Below are positions 8,804-17,066 of a DNA stretch of 36,171 nucleotides, in pieces. Positions within the stretch are counted from its first letter, which is position 1. Every line of letters begins with the position of its first letter. The translations under genes and the position numbers were made by a program. Source of the DNA: a virus (taxonomy: Duplodnaviria; Caudoviricetes); IMG/VR virus record IMGVR_UViG_3300025103_004218, positions 1 through 36,171 of that record. One strand, 5' to 3'. The notes under the pieces are model-generated. The model saw only the letters and a list, made by a program, of their open reading frames with translations, ran no database searches and was not told where the DNA came from.

Positions 8804-9366
8804 TGACTTGTACTTTCCATTAATTTTTTTACGCTATCTTTACAAAAACCAGCACCTTCCCTGTTGATAAATTCATACATAACTCCAGTTAGCTCAGACG
8901 GCTTAGTAAATACTTGAGTAAGATTTGGTTCTTCGCAAGTTATAGGTTTTTCAGAATAAAATTCTGCATACCCTTTTTCTTTCCACTCTTTCATTACTCC
9001 TTCGACGTCTTCAACTTGATAAGCTATGTGATGTATTCCTCCTATACCACCTCTTTCTTCAACCCAGTCTCCCACAATAGAGCCTACTGATCCATCGCTA
9101 ACAAAAATTTCTGGAGAAGCGTGATATTCGAAACAGTCTCCTGAAGATTCGCTAATAAGATTACAGTATATAGGTTGAAAGTAAGTCCAGCTACTAGGAT
9201 CAAAGTGCCTTCTTTCAGGTGGTTCAAGAGCTAGGCAATCAGCCTTAGAGCCATCATCAAAATCAACTTGAAACTCTGTGCCTATGGAATAACCAAAAGC
9301 AGATTTTAAAAAATCGGCAGTTTTATACCTATCTTTTACTCTATAAGCTATATGGTCTAGTCTCAT
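8800..9366 (-). CDS. VOC-superfamily metalloenzyme resembling the isolated C-terminal catalytic domain of 4-hydroxyphenylpyruvate dioxygenase
   Basis: LDHIAY, GGIHHIAY, TQVFTKP and YEFINREGAGF parallel the HPPD motifs IDHxV, GVQHIA, LQIFTKP and FEIIQRxGxxGF (His-His-Glu triad). Confidence 0.7.
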   Translation of the reverse strand: MRLDHIAYRVKDRYKTADFLKSAFGYSIGTEFQVDFDDGSKADCLALEPPERRHFDPSSWTYFQPIYCNLISESSGDCFEYHASPEIFVSDGSVGSIVGDWVEERGGIGGIHHIAYQVEDVEGVMKEWKEKGYAEFYSEKPITCEEPNLTQVFTKPSELTGVMYEFINREGAGFCKDSVKKLMESTSQ

Positions 9367-9382
9367 GAATACTTCGTTTCAA

Positions 9383-9411
9383 AAAATATCATTAAAAAAT
9401 TTATAAATCAA
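9383..9411 (-). promoter_or_regulatory. Sigma70-like promoter for the 9366->1659 operon
   Basis: TTGATT-17 nt-TATTTT on the minus strand just upstream of the VOC start. Confidence 0.5.
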
Positions 9412-9447
9412 TATTTATCGAAATAATAATGTGTAAAGTCAATTAGA

Positions 9448-9909
9448 GTGAGCACGTTTACAAAAAGATTTTTAATAGTAAGTCTTCTGATACTTTTAGC
9501 TATAATAACTTTTAGGTATAACTTTAAAGTATTCTATACTGACGGTGGAAGTATGGAACCAACCATTAAAGATGGGCAATTTGTACTAGTAAATCATAGA
9601 TATTACTTAAATGAAAACCCCCAAAGGTTTGATGTAGTAATTATTTACGATACGGAAGATAAAGAGTATTTAGAAAAAAGGTTAGTGGGTCTCCCCGGAG
9701 AAAATTTAGAAATAAAGTCTGGGACTTTTTATATTAATGGGGTGGAATTGAATGATCCGTATAATAATATACCAAAAATAAATATATTTAATTATGGACC
9801 AGTAAAAATTCCCAAGAATACATATTTCTATATCGGAGATGATAGAATGGATTCAGTATGGGGCTTCGTTAATAAAAAATATATAAAGGGTAGAGTATTA
9901 TTTCACTAA
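9448..9909 (+). CDS. lepB: Signal peptidase I (S26 family)
   Basis: N-terminal TM helix, GGSMEPT (Ser), RFDVVI, EKRLVGLPG (Lys), IGDDRMDS and IKGRV. Confidence 0.88.
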   Translation: MSTFTKRFLIVSLLILLAIITFRYNFKVFYTDGGSMEPTIKDGQFVLVNHRYYLNENPQRFDVVIIYDTEDKEYLEKRLVGLPGENLEIKSGTFYINGVELNDPYNNIPKINIFNYGPVKIPKNTYFYIGDDRMDSVWGFVNKKYIKGRVLFH

Positions 9910-9925
9910 AAGTGTAAATATATAC

Positions 9926-10162
9926 ATGGTTCATGAGCTTAATATTGGAGAATATCCAGTGCAAGTTCATTTGTGTAGGGATGGATATTGGAAACATGAT
10001 ACGATTTTTATTTGGAATACTTCTAAATGTATATCCGAGAAAGAAGCTAAATCCATAATTCAATATCTCTACGACGAGGGTTTTATTAGTGATAGAAGAA
10101 CCAAATGGTTCATCGCTGAGAAAGATAGGGGGGATGAAAATGGAGATACTAAGAAAAAATAA
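9926..10162 (+). CDS. Hypothetical protein
   Basis: 78 aa ORF in line with its neighbours and preceded by the GTGTAAAT motif. Confidence 0.6.
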   Translation: MVHELNIGEYPVQVHLCRDGYWKHDTIFIWNTSKCISEKEAKSIIQYLYDEGFISDRRTKWFIAEKDRGDENGDTKKK

Positions 10163-10424
10163 ACATGCTCATTGGTGGCTTGATAAAAACGGTAAAACTA
10201 AAAAAAATCAAAAGTGGGCCATAGAAGATAAAGATGGACATTGGTGGTTAGTCAATGGGTCAGAATTTCCGGAAAAGAAAGTTCCAAATGTGTCTGTAAA
10301 TAACAAAAAGAAAATTAATAATAAAATTATTAAAAAGTATGATTACTCGTTAATAATCTTGGCTGTTATTCTTGGCTTAAGTGTCGCTATGAATTTAGCA
10401 CTAGTGGCGAAAATAATTTTTTAA
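10134..10424 (+). CDS. Small protein with a C-terminal transmembrane anchor
   Basis: ATG at 10134 or 10140 after AGGGGG; two HWWL motifs; hydrophobic C-terminus (SLIILAVILGLSVAMNLALVAKIIF). Confidence 0.6.
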   Translation: MKMEILRKNKHAHWWLDKNGKTKKNQKWAIEDKDGHWWLVNGSEFPEKKVPNVSVNNKKKINNKIIKKYDYSLIILAVILGLSVAMNLALVAKIIF

Positions 10425-10426
10425 AT

Positions 10427-10839
10427 TGGTGGAGGCGGCGGGAGTCGAACCCGCGTCTTTAAAACCATCTGCTTAGATATACTACAAGTTTAGTCGGTAT
10501 TATATACTTTGCTTGGCAGGTTACCGACAAACGGCCTACACAAAGGTTGGAGACACTTTATTTATACTAGACATCTCACCCTTCCTAGTTTTTTTGCTCA
10601 TTATCGACGCCCTAGCTCCTTAACGAGCATCCAGAGTAGGACGGGTAGCTTACGCAGCTACAGCAACCTCTTCGGTCCAGCCAAACTTAGCGAGAATCGC
10701 GTCAGCTTCAGCCAGAGAAGGGGCCATATCAACATTATTGTCGGCAGTTGAATTTCCTAGATAGATTTTTAAAGAGGCCAACCATCATCCTCTACTTGCA
10801 ATCTTGCGTAAGGCTCCAAATCGAAACCAGTACGCCCCC
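10427..10839 (-). ncRNA. ssrA: tmRNA, 413 nt, one-piece
   Basis: 5' GGGGGCGUACUGGUUUCGA and 3' GACGCGGGUUCGACUCCCGCCGCCUCCACCA. The 7-bp acceptor stem has the G3.U alanine determinant, and the T-arm and CCA are encoded. A PK1-like AGAGG...CCUCU precedes the resume context UCAACU-GCC. The tag frame 10745..10650 reads ADNNVDMAPSLAEADAILAKFGWTEEVAVAA*. Confidence 0.95.
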
Positions 10840-10853
10840 TAAAATTTATACAA

Positions 10854-11864
10854 TTAAAAATCATCTTCTAGAACTCCAGAATTTTGATAATCTTTAACTT
10901 TCCTTTCAAAGAAATTGGTCATTGCTCCCGTATCTACAACCTCTGACAGCCAAGGGAATGGATTATTATCAGAATCAAAACGGAAGTCAATGCCAACTCC
11001 TTCAAGTCGTCGATTACCAATGTATTGCATGTAATCAACAAACATATCAGCATTTAAGCCAAGTATGCCTCGCGGAAGAACGTCGTGTGCATAAGCTATT
11101 TCAAGCTCTACAGCTTTCTTAATATGCTCGACAGTTTCTTCCTCGAACTTCTTTGTCCACACCGATGGGTATTGTTCTTTAATGGTATTAATTAAATATG
11201 TACCAAATTGTATATGAAGGGTCTCATCTTTTAATGTATATCTAATTTGATCTGACAAGCCCGGAAGTTTATTCTGTCTTCCTAAAGCGAGTAACATAGC
11301 AAAACCACTAAAGAAAAAAGTTCCTTCACAAACTATATAATAAGTAATTAGGTTTCTTAAAAATTCCCTCTTACCTTCGACAGTCTTAGTCGAAAAATCT
11401 TGTCTATTTACGTCAGAAGTTATCTCCATGAGGAAATCGTCTTTTGCTTTAATACTAGGAACATTTAAATAAGCCTCATAGACCTCACTGATCTTTAGGC
11501 CATAGCTATCGCAACAAGTGACCACTGTCCAGTTATGAAGACTCTCTTCATACGCTTGACGAAGAATATATTGCCTACATTCTGCATCCGTAACCCATTT
11601 ATTTACCGTAAGGAGTAAATTATTACCAACTAACGACTCTGTTCCAGCAAAAAATCCAAGACATCTTTTTACAAGCAGCTTCTCATCATTAGTTAAAGCT
11701 CCATTTTTCCACTGATTTATATCGTCTGTCATGTTTATTTCGGCAGGGCTCCAATTATTAGCAACGCCTTTCAAAAATAAATCCCAAGCAAATTGATGCT
11801 TGTGGGGAAGTATTTGATTAACCCCTGCTATTTCTTCATCCAATATTAGTCCTGATTTACTCAT
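10854..11864 (-). CDS. nrdB: Ribonucleotide reductase small subunit, class Ic (R2c, Mn/Fe)-type signature
   Basis: NNWSPAEI, GFFAGTESLVGNN, RQAYEESLH, EGTFFFSGF, DETLH and NFFE. The radical-Tyr position (His+4) is Val and the first metal ligand is Glu. Confidence 0.92.
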   Translation of the reverse strand: MSKSGLILDEEIAGVNQILPHKHQFAWDLFLKGVANNWSPAEINMTDDINQWKNGALTNDEKLLVKRCLGFFAGTESLVGNNLLLTVNKWVTDAECRQYILRQAYEESLHNWTVVTCCDSYGLKISEVYEAYLNVPSIKAKDDFLMEITSDVNRQDFSTKTVEGKREFLRNLITYYIVCEGTFFFSGFAMLLALGRQNKLPGLSDQIRYTLKDETLHIQFGTYLINTIKEQYPSVWTKKFEEETVEHIKKAVELEIAYAHDVLPRGILGLNADMFVDYMQYIGNRRLEGVGIDFRFDSDNNPFPWLSEVVDTGAMTNFFERKVKDYQNSGVLEDDF

Positions 11865-11876
11865 ACGTCTTCTCCC

Positions 11877-14339
11877 TTACTGACAACTTTCGCACGTTGG
11901 GTCTAGGATGCTACAAGCTTTAGGATCAGTAACGCTATCATCAGTATCACCTGCGTTAGTATTACTATCACCACTGCTAGACGTAGCCTTTTCAATTTTA
12001 CTTGCCGCACGATTCCTTAAGTAATAAGTTGATTTTAAGCCTTTACTTTTAGCATACATATAAAGATCGTTCAAGTATTTTAATGAGGTCTCTTTATTAA
12101 AAAGATTCAAAGACTGACCCATGTCAATCCATTTTTGTTTTGCTGCTGCGTTATCGACTAATTTAAATTGATCATGATCAAAAGCTGTGCAGAACCTTGA
12201 TTTTATGTCTTCGGGGATTTCCCCGTTAAGTCTGCCCAAGTCTCCATCCACCTCTTTAATCATCTCGATAAAAGCTGAATTCCAAATACCCATCTCCTTA
12301 CACTCTTTGACGAACCATTCATTTGTTATCATTAAGTTTCCGCTTTTATTTTCATAAACGAAAAAGACAGAAAAATCTGGCTCAATACAAGGTGAACAAC
12401 CTTGAATGTAAGAGATGGTTGCGGTTGGAGCAATTGCCATAGTATTACTATTACGCATTCCATTTTCTTTTATGCTCGTTCTTAGTTCTTTCCAGTGAAC
12501 TTCAGGGCAAAACTTTTTACCTCTATGAATCATGGGCTTTTCATTCAAATAATTCATTAGATTTTTATACGTGTCGATAGGTAGGATATCTTGACTCCAA
12601 AAAGAGCCTTCGTAAGTACTATATTTACCTTTCTCTTTCGCAAGTTTGCTGGAATTTAAAATACAATTATAAGAAATAAATTCGTAAAGTTCATCTGAAA
12701 ATTTTACTGCATCCTCTGATGAAAAGTTAACTTTATAAGAATGAAAAACGTCTGCCCACCCCATGCTTCCCGCTCCCACCGGCCTGTGACTTAAGTTAGC
12801 CTTTTTGGCCTCTTTGGTTGGATAAAAATTTAAATCAATTACGTTATCCAACATACGCATTTGAGTTTTTATAGTTTTAGTTAATAGTTTAAAATCTAAT
12901 TTACCGTCATCTTTTAAATGCTCCTTCAGATTTAAAGAGCTAAGGTTACATACTGCAGTTTCGCCAACTTCAGTTTTTTCACCCTCTTCGTATTGAGAAG
13001 GGATAGTATGCAGGAAAATCTCAGTGCATAAATTAGAGCTATTAATGGTTCCTTTGTGGGAATTGGAGTATCTTAGATTAGCGTTATCTTTAAAAGTCAT
13101 CCAAGGGTGACCTGTTTCAAACAAAACTCTAAGCATTTTTTTCCAAAGCTCTTTAGCTTTTATCTTTTTACAATTTTTGATTTCCCCTTTTTCAGCCAAC
13201 TTGCAATACTTTACGTAAGCTTTATCGAAGTCTTGCCCATACAGTTTATGTAAATCTCTTACGTCAGAAGGGGAAAATAAATACCAATCTTTATCTTTCG
13301 ACACGTAATCTAAAAAAAGATTCGGAATCCAATTAGCTGTATTTAAATCATGGCAACGACGACGTTCGTCACCGGTATTCTTTTTTAAATCAAGAAACTC
13401 CTCAATATCAAGATGCCAAGGCTCGATGTAAGCGCAACCCGCACCGGGTCGTTTACCTCCTTGGTTAACCGCTACTAATAAGTCATTAAAAATTTTAAGC
13501 CAAGGAACGAGGCCACTAGAGGTTCCATTTGTCCCTTTAATGTAAGAGCCAGAAGAACGAAAATTGCTAACGTCAAAACCTAATCCTCCTGCATACTTAG
13601 ATTTTCTAGCTTCTTGCCATGCGCCCTCAAAAATTCCATCAATAGAATCGTCAAAAGTATTAAGGTAACAAGAGCTAAGTTGACTGTGGGTGCTGCCACT
13701 ATTAAATAATGTTGGGGTAGATGGGCAAACTCTAAATGAAGAGATTGCGTCGTAAAATTCAATCGCTTTTTCTTCTTTGTTTTTTTCATCCACCGCCAAC
13801 CCCATAGCCACCCTCATCCAAAAACCTTGGGGGCTTTCCATTCTTCTCCCATTTATATGAAGAAGGTATCTATCATGTAATATTTGTAGCCCTAAATATT
13901 TAAACTTTAAATCTCGACGCAGCCTTAAACTTTCAGATAATTTTTTTAAATCAAAACTAAGTAACTCGTCGTTAAGTATACCGCGACTCACTAAAAGCTT
14001 AATATTTTTAATGAAGCTTAACCTGTATTGATGCTCGAAGGCTTCCTTGTCAACGCTGCTTCCGAAAACTTCTTTATGAATGTTACCGCACAAAAGTCTA
14101 GCTGCTACGTAACCATAGTTGGGCTCTTTTTCTATTTTTTGTCGAGCCGACATGATTAAAGCTTTATCGATTTCTTTTGTAGTTATCTTATCGAAAAATT
14201 GAACGTGAGCATCTAATACTACTTCACTGGCAGAAACCCCATCTAGGTTTTCACAGGCTCTTTCCGCGCACAAATTAATTTTATTAATATTTAGTTTCTC
14301 TAATCTACCGTTCCTCTTCTTAACTTGAATGTCGCTCAT
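11877..14339 (-). CDS. nrdA: Class I ribonucleotide reductase large subunit with N-terminal ATP cone
   Basis: VKKRNG ATP cone, PSTPTLFN, LSSCY, QGGKRPGA, SNLCTEI, AVCNL, APTATIS, KSTYYLR and C-terminal CESCQ. Start set at MSDIQ (14339); the track gives 14360. Confidence 0.95.
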   Translation of the reverse strand: MSDIQVKKRNGRLEKLNINKINLCAERACENLDGVSASEVVLDAHVQFFDKITTKEIDKALIMSARQKIEKEPNYGYVAARLLCGNIHKEVFGSSVDKEAFEHQYRLSFIKNIKLLVSRGILNDELLSFDLKKLSESLRLRRDLKFKYLGLQILHDRYLLHINGRRMESPQGFWMRVAMGLAVDEKNKEEKAIEFYDAISSFRVCPSTPTLFNSGSTHSQLSSCYLNTFDDSIDGIFEGAWQEARKSKYAGGLGFDVSNFRSSGSYIKGTNGTSSGLVPWLKIFNDLLVAVNQGGKRPGAGCAYIEPWHLDIEEFLDLKKNTGDERRRCHDLNTANWIPNLFLDYVSKDKDWYLFSPSDVRDLHKLYGQDFDKAYVKYCKLAEKGEIKNCKKIKAKELWKKMLRVLFETGHPWMTFKDNANLRYSNSHKGTINSSNLCTEIFLHTIPSQYEEGEKTEVGETAVCNLSSLNLKEHLKDDGKLDFKLLTKTIKTQMRMLDNVIDLNFYPTKEAKKANLSHRPVGAGSMGWADVFHSYKVNFSSEDAVKFSDELYEFISYNCILNSSKLAKEKGKYSTYEGSFWSQDILPIDTYKNLMNYLNEKPMIHRGKKFCPEVHWKELRTSIKENGMRNSNTMAIAPTATISYIQGCSPCIEPDFSVFFVYENKSGNLMITNEWFVKECKEMGIWNSAFIEMIKEVDGDLGRLNGEIPEDIKSRFCTAFDHDQFKLVDNAAAKQKWIDMGQSLNLFNKETSLKYLNDLYMYAKSKGLKSTYYLRNRAASKIEKATSSSGDSNTNAGDTDDSVTDPKACSILDPTCESCQ

Positions 14340-14395
14340 ACTAGTAACCTTAAGATTCAATAATAATTACAGATAACAAAAAAAATCAGAAGTCT

Positions 14396-14421
14396 AAAAA
14401 GTGTTTTGAGCACTTTTTTTT
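14396..14421. terminator. Possible weak bidirectional intrinsic terminator
   Basis: AAAAAGTG-TTTTGAG-CACTTTTTTTT between the SET gene and nrdA; few GC pairs in the stem. Confidence 0.35.
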
Positions 14422-14448
14422 ACAATAACTTTTATAAGGTGTAGCTCT

Positions 14449-15384
14449 CTACCTATTATATAAAGTTAAAGTTTCTTTTTTATTATTAGCTACGTGCAGA
14501 AGTTGAATATCAACGTAAGCGAAGTTGGTAACATTCTTGGCTTCTGATATTTTTTCATAGAAGAAGTCTGCAGACCTAACTTGATCAGCCTTTAAAGTAG
14601 CAGCTATTTTTTTGTCGCTCGTGTAAAAATTTATTTCGTTCATTAAAACGTCACCCAGTAAACATTTAGCGTTTATCTGGAGGCGTTTCTCGTCAGAGAT
14701 TGAATTTGCATTTTCTTTTGATATTGTCCTTAAGCAAATTCTATCATCTTCATTAATTTCAACATACATACCTAATACTTTTTTCGCCGTAATCTTTCTA
14801 CCAGACTCGGTTAAAAAATATCCATAAAAAGTTCTTACTTCTTCTCCCTTTTTTATCTCCTTAATAGTTCGAAAAATAAAAGAGTCTTTTGTAAGGAGCC
14901 ATTCCGCGTTTGGCGTAGGAGAGCTATTGTAAATAGCCGCGTTACCCAAAGGGATAACTGGAAAAGATGGAGAGTTGCCTGAACCGTCAGACCAATCAAA
15001 CATATACTCTTCGACACTCCTTAATCCAAGAGCTTGACCAAAAGAAGCTGCAGTATTTAAATGCCCACTACCTATTTCAGGATCGCTTCGAAGAAAATTA
15101 AAAATCTTTTGCCCTTGGTAGTAAAAATCTATACTAACAAAAGGGACTTCTTCTAAGACTTCAAAAGCCTCCAAATCTTCTCTGCTAAATACCCCTCTTT
15201 CGTTATGGTTGTGGGGTAAAAAGTCTACCTTAATTTTTTCATTAGAATACCACCTCGGTAAACCGTTTCGAAAAAGAAAATTATCATCAACTTTTTTACC
15301 GCTATTACCTTCTTCGATTTTAAGAGAATTTTTAACTGTCTCTGTGCTTTTTTCCTTTTCTTTCTTCCGAGTACTTTGCTTCAT
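14449..15384 (-). CDS. SET-domain protein (putative lysine methyltransferase)
   Basis: RGVFSREDL..FEVLEEVP, GNAAIYNSSPTPNAEW (NHS-box variant) and FRTIKEIKKGEEVRTFYG (GEELxxxY box). Confidence 0.75.
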   Translation of the reverse strand: MKQSTRKKEKEKSTETVKNSLKIEEGNSGKKVDDNFLFRNGLPRWYSNEKIKVDFLPHNHNERGVFSREDLEAFEVLEEVPFVSIDFYYQGQKIFNFLRSDPEIGSGHLNTAASFGQALGLRSVEEYMFDWSDGSGNSPSFPVIPLGNAAIYNSSPTPNAEWLLTKDSFIFRTIKEIKKGEEVRTFYGYFLTESGRKITAKKVLGMYVEINEDDRICLRTISKENANSISDEKRLQINAKCLLGDVLMNEINFYTSDKKIAATLKADQVRSADFFYEKISEAKNVTNFAYVDIQLLHVANNKKETLTLYNR

Positions 15385-15670
15385 ACTTTTCCTTTACTGG
15401 GTCGAATCCGCCATTTTTTTCTGACCTTTTACTTGAAAGTTCTGCTGACTCATCCCACATTTCACCTATGGTTCTTTTCCCGTGATCTTTATTGTGAAAT
15501 TGTTTTTTGTTGAATGGGTCTATCCTTGAGTCAAAACTAGTATTAGGTGCTGACCAAACCCTTCTCCATTCCGTGCCTTCATCGTCTATGTAAACGTGAG
15601 ACTCCTTCATTGACTGAACAACTTCTATTACGATAGGGAGTTCTGGGTGTTGGAATTGATAGATCGGCAT
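15332..15670 (-). CDS. FmdB-like small protein lacking the zinc-ribbon cysteines
   Basis: MPIYQFQH...EVVQSM...WRRVWSAP follows the FmdB pattern MPxYxY...E...M...RxxS, but the protein contains no Cys. Confidence 0.55.
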   Translation of the reverse strand: MPIYQFQHPELPIVIEVVQSMKESHVYIDDEGTEWRRVWSAPNTSFDSRIDPFNKKQFHNKDHGKRTIGEMWDESAELSSKRSEKNGGFDPVKEKYEAKYSEERKGKKHRDS

Positions 15671-15676
15671 AAGAGT

Positions 15677-16753
15677 TTAAATTAACTCCAACAAGCTATC
15701 GACAGTCCTCTTGAAAGTAAACTCTTTTTGCAACTTTACCCCTTCCTCGTTAACTGAATTTTCTTGATATTTAGAGATTGCTAATTCACAAGCATTGATA
15801 AACTCATCTTCATCAAAGTCAAATATTTTGCCTTGATTAAAATCAGCACCCCTTTTGAAGAAAACGTTATCGTAGCTGTCTATTTTTTCAGAAGGTTTAA
15901 TTAGTATGGAGTTTTTATCATTTGCCCAAGATTTGTATCCGTGAGCGTCCATTATAACTCCGTACTTTCCTAAAGCTACAGACTGAAATTCTGGTAAGCC
16001 CCAGCCTTCCCCTCCTGACACTCCTAATATAATATTCGCAGAATTTAAATACTCATTGTAAGTAAGATTCTTGGCCATAAATGGTAAGAAATTTACGTTA
16101 AAATAATGCTTGTCTTGTAAAATTTTAGCCAATAAAGCATTATTTGTATCAGCATTCATGAAGTGGTTATATATGGAGCAATGAAGGAAGTATCTTTTAT
16201 CGTTCCCAAATCTTTTAACCCAAGCTCTTATCGCTTTCTCGTGCCTTTTTCTTCTTTCTAACTTTCCAGAAAGATTAAAGACGATCCTTCCGTCTTCATG
16301 AAATTTATCGTCAAGAATTTTGAAGTTATCTGAATCAAAAGCTAATGGAACATAGCTAGTTTCTACCCCTCTCTGTTTAAAAACGTCTACAGATTGATGT
16401 GATGTAAAAACCGTATTATTATTCTTAGCAATATTAAGCTCTGACTCTGTAGGCTCGTCTAATTCATAAAAAGTTAAAAGCGTTTGCTTTTTGCTTACAG
16501 ATTCAAGCCCCCCGTTAAGATGCCATAATTTTAAAGAGGGGATATCCCTATCATGGACTTTATAGAAACAGTCTATGGATTTCTGAATCCATTCAAAAAA
16601 TTCAGGATCATCTTTTTGGGCTGAAAGATCAGTCCCTGACCCGATAGGAAAAATGGGAACATTTACCTTTCTTCGGTAAAGCTCCCGTAATATGCCTATC
16701 GATGTTTGGCCAAAAGAGGTTGAATTTAAAGGTCCGTTATAACAAAAGTCCAT
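15677..16753 (-). CDS. Glycosyltransferase, GT-B/GT4-like
   Basis: GKLERRK and GEGWGLPEFQSVALGK (GT4 E-x-F/W-G-L-P-like motif). Confidence 0.8.
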   Translation of the reverse strand: MDFCYNGPLNSTSFGQTSIGILRELYRRKVNVPIFPIGSGTDLSAQKDDPEFFEWIQKSIDCFYKVHDRDIPSLKLWHLNGGLESVSKKQTLLTFYELDEPTESELNIAKNNNTVFTSHQSVDVFKQRGVETSYVPLAFDSDNFKILDDKFHEDGRIVFNLSGKLERRKRHEKAIRAWVKRFGNDKRYFLHCSIYNHFMNADTNNALLAKILQDKHYFNVNFLPFMAKNLTYNEYLNSANIILGVSGGEGWGLPEFQSVALGKYGVIMDAHGYKSWANDKNSILIKPSEKIDSYDNVFFKRGADFNQGKIFDFDEDEFINACELAISKYQENSVNEEGVKLQKEFTFKRTVDSLLELI

Positions 16754-16762
16754 AAACAGAAA

Positions 16763-17032
16763 TTAATCTAGAATTTCGTTATCTGAATCTTCTTGGACGG
16801 TTGCTTCCTTTTTCATTTCTTCAGAACGATATACTCTGAAGTCGGGATGGTTATCTTTCTCTTTGTACTTATTAGAATAAATAACTACGTTTACTTTTTC
16901 CTTCCCGCCGTACTCGTCAGAAGGAATCTCTATTGTTCCGGAAAGATAAGTTTGAGAATTCCCTTTCTTTTTCCAAAGGGCTCCCATTTCTCTGTCTTTC
17001 CAGTTGCTTTTTTTGTCTTGGTTTTCACTCAT
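16763..17032 (-). CDS. DUF736-like putative ssDNA-binding protein
   Basis: MGALWKK...YLSG...HPDFRVY, with an acidic C-terminal tail (EDSDNEILD). Confidence 0.55.
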   Translation of the reverse strand: MSENQDKKSNWKDREMGALWKKKGNSQTYLSGTIEIPSDEYGGKEKVNVVIYSNKYKEKDNHPDFRVYRSEEMKKEATVQEDSDNEILD

Positions 17033-17066
17033 AATGTGTTGAAGGGATTATTGGCTTTATCAAAAA

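Noticed and set aside
10427-10460. tRNA-like 3' end (T-arm plus CCA) read as a tRNA gene or attachment-site remnant
   Set aside because: It pairs with a 5' end about 400 nt away and encloses a tag frame, so it belongs to a full tmRNA. No duplicate copy or integrase is in the window.
10509-10751. 80-aa plus-strand ORF
   Set aside because: It is antisense to the tmRNA and has no recognisable protein features.
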